Shown here piece by piece: positions 60,110 to 64,000 of a stretch of DNA of 64,000 bases (the stretch's first letter is position 1; each line of letters opens with the position of its first letter). Where the stretch lies: assembly GCA_035390125.1 (NCBI GenBank), contig DAOOTD010000001.1, forward strand, positions 31,619 through 95,618, written 5' to 3'. The notes under the pieces were generated by a model. The model did no database searches, was not told the DNA's origin, and worked only from the letters and a program-made list of their open reading frames with translations. A program made the position numbers and the translations under genes. Origin of the DNA: Candidatus Moraniibacteriota bacterium. GTDB lineage: Bacteria; Patescibacteriota; Minisyncoccia; Moranbacterales; GWC2-37-73.

Positions 60110-60577
60110 TTATGGCTCTTTTGAAGCCGATCCGGAAGAAAAGACGAATTTCTTGCGCATAAAGAAATTCCAATTCAGAACCAAAACAATCGCTATAATT
60201 TTGGCTATCATCACATAAACATCCAGCAGGTCGACAAAGAACCAGATAATAATTTCAGTCCAAAGAAGGCCGCCAATACCGATAATAGCAAAGAGAGGGA
60301 ATTCCTTCTTGATGTTGCCTGAACTTTTAAAAACTAAAAGAATATTCATAGTATAATTTGTTGCAGTTCCGGTGACATAGGCTATTGGTGCTGCGATCAA
60401 ATAATGCACATCAATAAAATGGGTCAAAGAATAAAGCATGACAAGATCAACAAGAGTGGAAGTTCCGCCGCAAATTAAATAACGGAAAAACTGAAGCAAG
60501 CCCTTGTTTATTTTTCTCCTGAGTATTTTTTCAGCGATAGTGTTGACAATTTTATCAATGAAATCAGCTATTAACAT
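60110..60577 (-). CDS. GtrA-family membrane protein
   Basis: FFRYLICGGTSTLVDLVMLY...YVTGTATNYTMN (GtrA-like 4-TM). Confidence 0.7.
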   Translation of the reverse strand: MLIADFIDKIVNTIAEKILRRKINKGLLQFFRYLICGGTSTLVDLVMLYSLTHFIDVHYLIAAPIAYVTGTATNYTMNILLVFKSSGNIKKEFPLFAIIGIGGLLWTEIIIWFFVDLLDVYVMIAKIIAIVLVLNWNFFMRKKFVFSSGSASKEP

Positions 60578-60584
60578 AAATCTT

Positions 60585-62462
60585 TTATAGTATATTATTA
60601 TTTTTTATGACTTTAACAAAATTATTCGGATTGTTGCTAATGATTGTTTCAAATTCAACATTTTTCTTTTGATACATTTCCTCGAAATTTACATAAGATG
60701 CGACATTTTCTGTAGTTTCTATGCCGTTAATAACTTTAGGTTCTTTTGATAACTTAACTGTGCGCGACCTTCTATCTGTAGAAATAATAAAATAATCAAG
60801 TTTATTGTCTAAGAAAGTTTCTATTTTAAAATCAACAAAACATTTGCCGACAAATCTTTCGCAAACAGCTCCCTTGTCTGACCAAATTACCATATTGCCG
60901 GCATTTGGAAGCTGATTGAGATATTGAGTAGCCTCATAACTTCCTTCACCCATGCCTTTTAGGTTGACAATGAAATTTTTTGGCAAAATTTCCGATGCAT
61001 AGGCTAAAAAGTTTGGTTTTATGAAAAATAAGCTTCCTTCAAGAATAGCAAAGATTGCTATAATTGCAAAAAAAGAAGTAACATATTTTTCAATCTTTTT
61101 TATTTCTAAAAATTCCGAAACACCAATGGCAGCCAAAACGAAAACCAGCGGATAAACCATAATCTGGTAGCGTACGGTAGCAATGACTTCATTTACAGCT
61201 GCACCCATATAGAAAATCAGGATGAAAATGAGTATATAAAATTTAGTTATGGATTTTCGATCAAGCTCGTTTTTTTTGCGCAGAGAAAAAAAGACCGAGA
61301 AAATTAAAAAGAAAAGAACAAGAGGCGAAATGCTGAAAATCAAGCTATATGTGTCGGCTAATATTGCCCCAATGTATTTTTGCGCTAAATTGCCAGTGCC
61401 TATTCCTTTTGGCGAAGCGATGATTTCTTGAATGTTGAAAAAATTAAATTTGGCATAGACATGGAGAAAAACAATGGCTATCAGTATGAGGAAAATTCCA
61501 GCAATTGTTTTTATCAAAATTTTGCGATGTTTTGCCAGAAAGCCAAAAATTATTTTAGAAAATTTTGCTTTGAATATAATTAGATCTAAAGCTAGAATGG
61601 CTATGATTCCGACATAAATTGGCCAAGTAGAAGAGAATACAGGATGACCGACAGTATATTTGAACAGTATATAGATTTTTTCCCAAGTGGCTGGAAAAAA
61701 TAGGAAAGCCGAAACTATTGCAACTCCAAAAAGAATAAGATAATTGACGGAAGATTTTTTCAGATATTCATCAATCTCTGTTTTTTGATAGGTGTATAGA
61801 AAATATTCCATAAGGAATATTGAGAAAAAGTATACAAAAAGAATATTGGCGACAAATTTGTTTATGACAGAAAGTCCGAGAAGAAAACCGGAAAGGATGA
61901 GGAATTTTTTTTGTCCGTCTTTTAGAAAATTGAAAAAACTTAAAATTGAAAGTCCTGCCAAAATCCAGAGCATCGCATCTGAATTTATTATCAGTGAGAT
62001 GCCGAGCAAAATCGGTGAAAGTCCGATGAAAATTACTGAAAATATGGCAATTTTTTGCCCAAGTAATTTTTTGATGAGGAAATAAAATATAGGTAGCATG
62101 GACAAAGTGAAAAGAAAAACAGGCAAACGTAGATGGAAGTAGAGATTTTCTATTCTTTGAATATCTCCCAGAGTCTTCTTTTCATAGCGTATTTTTTGAA
62201 GTTTTTTTATGCTATTGAAATCTTCATTGTCAAAAGGAAGACCTATTCCAGAAATTGCCGCAATAACTATTCCAGGTTTATCACAAAGATGCGTTTTCTC
62301 CCATTTCATATTTTTTATTGCATTCCAGAACTTAGGAACTCTGTCATATGACCAATAGGGTTCATCTACTCCGGAAAACTTTTCCAATCGCGGAAAACCG
62401 AAATAAAGTGAAGATATGAATATGGAAAAAAATACCAAAAAAACAATGATTTTTTGCTTCAT
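60585..62462 (-). CDS. ArnT/PMT-like (GT83/GT39-type) polyprenol-phosphate-sugar-dependent membrane glycosyltransferase
   Basis: 625 aa. ~12 TM. N-terminal loop with DEPYWSY-type motif. Confidence 0.65.
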   Translation of the reverse strand: MKQKIIVFLVFFSIFISSLYFGFPRLEKFSGVDEPYWSYDRVPKFWNAIKNMKWEKTHLCDKPGIVIAAISGIGLPFDNEDFNSIKKLQKIRYEKKTLGDIQRIENLYFHLRLPVFLFTLSMLPIFYFLIKKLLGQKIAIFSVIFIGLSPILLGISLIINSDAMLWILAGLSILSFFNFLKDGQKKFLILSGFLLGLSVINKFVANILFVYFFSIFLMEYFLYTYQKTEIDEYLKKSSVNYLILFGVAIVSAFLFFPATWEKIYILFKYTVGHPVFSSTWPIYVGIIAILALDLIIFKAKFSKIIFGFLAKHRKILIKTIAGIFLILIAIVFLHVYAKFNFFNIQEIIASPKGIGTGNLAQKYIGAILADTYSLIFSISPLVLFFLIFSVFFSLRKKNELDRKSITKFYILIFILIFYMGAAVNEVIATVRYQIMVYPLVFVLAAIGVSEFLEIKKIEKYVTSFFAIIAIFAILEGSLFFIKPNFLAYASEILPKNFIVNLKGMGEGSYEATQYLNQLPNAGNMVIWSDKGAVCERFVGKCFVDFKIETFLDNKLDYFIISTDRRSRTVKLSKEPKVINGIETTENVASYVNFEEMYQKKNVEFETIISNNPNNFVKVIKNNNIL

Positions 62463-62547
62463 TTTACAATGCTTGAAAAATTATCTTATGCTTTAATTGT
62501 AAGCCAAAAAAGGGCTATTGTAAATGAATTAGAATATAATATCCCAG

Positions 62548-64000
62548 TTACTTTTTCAAAGAATCTGTCTCGACTATTTTCACGAAATTTGAATTATTGC
62601 GACCAAGTATAATTTTTTGTAAGTAGTTCTCAGTCTTATAAGCTTTTTCAATATCGATAACATCATCAATACTCCCAAAACTTTTGGAACTTTTTGATTC
62701 TCTTCCTGAAGAAACGACAACATAATCGAATTTAAAGTTCTTTAGTTTTTTCTTGTTATATCCAATTGCGCATTTTCCCAAAAATTCAGCGCAAACGGAG
62801 CCTTTGTCTGACCAGATTATAAGATTTTGCGCATCAGGCAGTGAATTCAGATATTCTGCTGCTTCATAACTGCCGTCACCCATATCCTTGTAGTTCAAAA
62901 GGTATTTTTCCGGCAGGAGCGGGGAAGCATAGGCCAAATAGAAAGGACGGGCAGAAAAAAGTGCAAGAAAAGAAACCGCTAAAACAAAAACAATAGCTAA
63001 TGTGTTTGGAATGTATTTCTCTACTTTTTTGCAGGATATGAATTTTGATATACCTATGGCGCTTATTATCATAGCTAGCGGATAGGTGACAATTTGGTAG
63101 CGTACGGTGGCTGTAACTTCATTTACTGAAGAAGCCAAATAGTAGAGAAAAATAAAAATTAAAAAATAAAAAATAATCTGCAACTCAAGATCGATAGAGG
63201 TTTTTCCCCTGACACTTAAAAATAACGCAAAAATAAAAGCAAGAAAGGCAAAAGGACACATTCCAAAAATCAGGCTGTAAGTGTCGGACAGAATTGCTCC
63301 AGCATATGATTCTAGAATGTTATCTGCACCTATTCCCTTGGGTGAAGAAAGGAAGGAAACAAAATCAATAAATTTCATTCCTGAATATGTATTTATGAGA
63401 ACAAGCAGGGTGAATAGAATAAAAAATGAGGAAAATATCTGCACGATAATTGTTTTGTGTTTTGAAATAAAACCTAAAATCAATCCCATAACCTTACTTT
63501 TAAGAAGAATGATGTCCAATGCAACAAGAGTAAAAATTGATGCAAAAACAGGCCAGGTTGTTTCAAATGCTTTACTCAGAAAAGTGCCTTCTAGAAGTAT
63601 TTCCAAATTTGTCCATGAGGCGGGAAAAAGAATGAAGAAAGTTAGCATCGAAAATGCAACTAAAGTTAAATAATTAACAAAAGATTTTTTAAGATACTCA
63701 GAAAGAACTGGTTTTTTCTCGATGAAGATGTATTCTAGAAAAGGAAGTGCAAAAAAGAAAATATACAGAATATTGGCAACATATTTTGTGAGAAGGGAAA
63801 GTCCCATGAAAAAGCCGCTTAAGACAAGATATTTTTTATTTTCCTCTTTTTTAAAGACAAAATAACTGAGAATTGAAAGGGGTAGAAATATCCAGAGCAG
63901 TGAATCAGGGTTTATAATCAATGAAATGCCAAAAATAATCGGAGAAAAACTTATAAAAATAAAACTCAAAAGCGCAATGATGTCTCCAAAAAGTTTTTTA
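62548..64000 (-). CDS. ArnT/PMT-like membrane glycosyltransferase, tandem paralog (N-terminus lies beyond the window end)
   Basis: Colinear similarity with the upstream paralog (VNEVTATVRYQIVTYPL... vs VNEVIATVRYQIMVYPL...). The reading frame stays open from 63969 to 64000. Confidence 0.65.
   Translation of the reverse strand, partial: KKLFGDIIALLSFIFISFSPIIFGISLIINPDSLLWIFLPLSILSYFVFKKEENKKYLVLSGFFMGLSLLTKYVANILYIFFFALPFLEYIFIEKKPVLSEYLKKSFVNYLTLVAFSMLTFFILFPASWTNLEILLEGTFLSKAFETTWPVFASIFTLVALDIILLKSKVMGLILGFISKHKTIIVQIFSSFFILFTLLVLINTYSGMKFIDFVSFLSSPKGIGADNILESYAGAILSDTYSLIFGMCPFAFLAFIFALFLSVRGKTSIDLELQIIFYFLIFIFLYYLASSVNEVTATVRYQIVTYPLAMIISAIGISKFISCKKVEKYIPNTLAIVFVLAVSFLALFSARPFYLAYASPLLPEKYLLNYKDMGDGSYEAAEYLNSLPDAQNLIIWSDKGSVCAEFLGKCAIGYNKKKLKNFKFDYVVVSSGRESKSSKSFGSIDDVIDIEKAYKTENYLQKIILGRNNSNFVKIVETDSLKK

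Overview
This is a low-GC (~35%), gene-dense bacterial window. Composition and the 16S sequence are consistent with a CPR/Patescibacteria-like organism (inference). Left end (1-6.6 kb): housekeeping genes greA (partial), lysS, a tRNA-like gene with an interrupted anticodon arm, serS and a GH1 beta-glucosidase. A strong sigma70-like promoter and a long leader precede a complete 16S rRNA gene (~6675-8165). Starting at the very 3' end of the 16S gene there appears to be a ~34 kb composite integrated region (~8.15-42.45 kb). The evidence is three copies of a short core ('ttctagggag', each with a shared arm on one side) at 8153, 12445 and 42424, plus a second, displaced copy of the 16S 3' terminus with its trailer and terminator at 42.42-42.59 kb. 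The region contains three tyrosine recombinases. (a) A 4.3 kb mini-element carries a LexA/CI-like S24 repressor, a small HTH protein, and a translationally coupled multiubiquitin-like / (E2?)-E1 ThiF-family / small Cys-rich HPxI...C protein module, followed by int1. (b) A phage or satellite-like block carries int2, a primase-helicase, a Dam-like MTase, a ParB-nuclease protein, TerS? and TerL, but no structural genes, and ends with int3. (c) A cargo/defence stretch carries a TM2 protein, a Pif1-like helicase, Fic, a minimal type-I CBASS-like pair (SMODS CD-NTase plus 2TM effector), a SWIM zinc-finger protein, TetR, AttH-like and patatin proteins, a MacAB-like ABC exporter with HlyD adaptor, two GT4s, and an MFS plus P-type ATPase cassette flanked by a duplicated GT4 3' fragment. 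To the right of the region lie murI, rsgA, a ValRS-like synthetase (minus strand), an HD (p)ppGpp-hydrolase-like protein, a TerC/DUF475 protein, a cupin, a candidate structured ncRNA, and a cell-envelope glycosylation cluster (2 GT2 polyprenol-phosphate GTs, Ugd, GT4, flippase-like, GtrA, two tandem ArnT/PMT-like GTs; the last gene runs off the window). No CRISPR array was seen. All functional calls rest on motifs recognised by eye; nothing was searched against a database.
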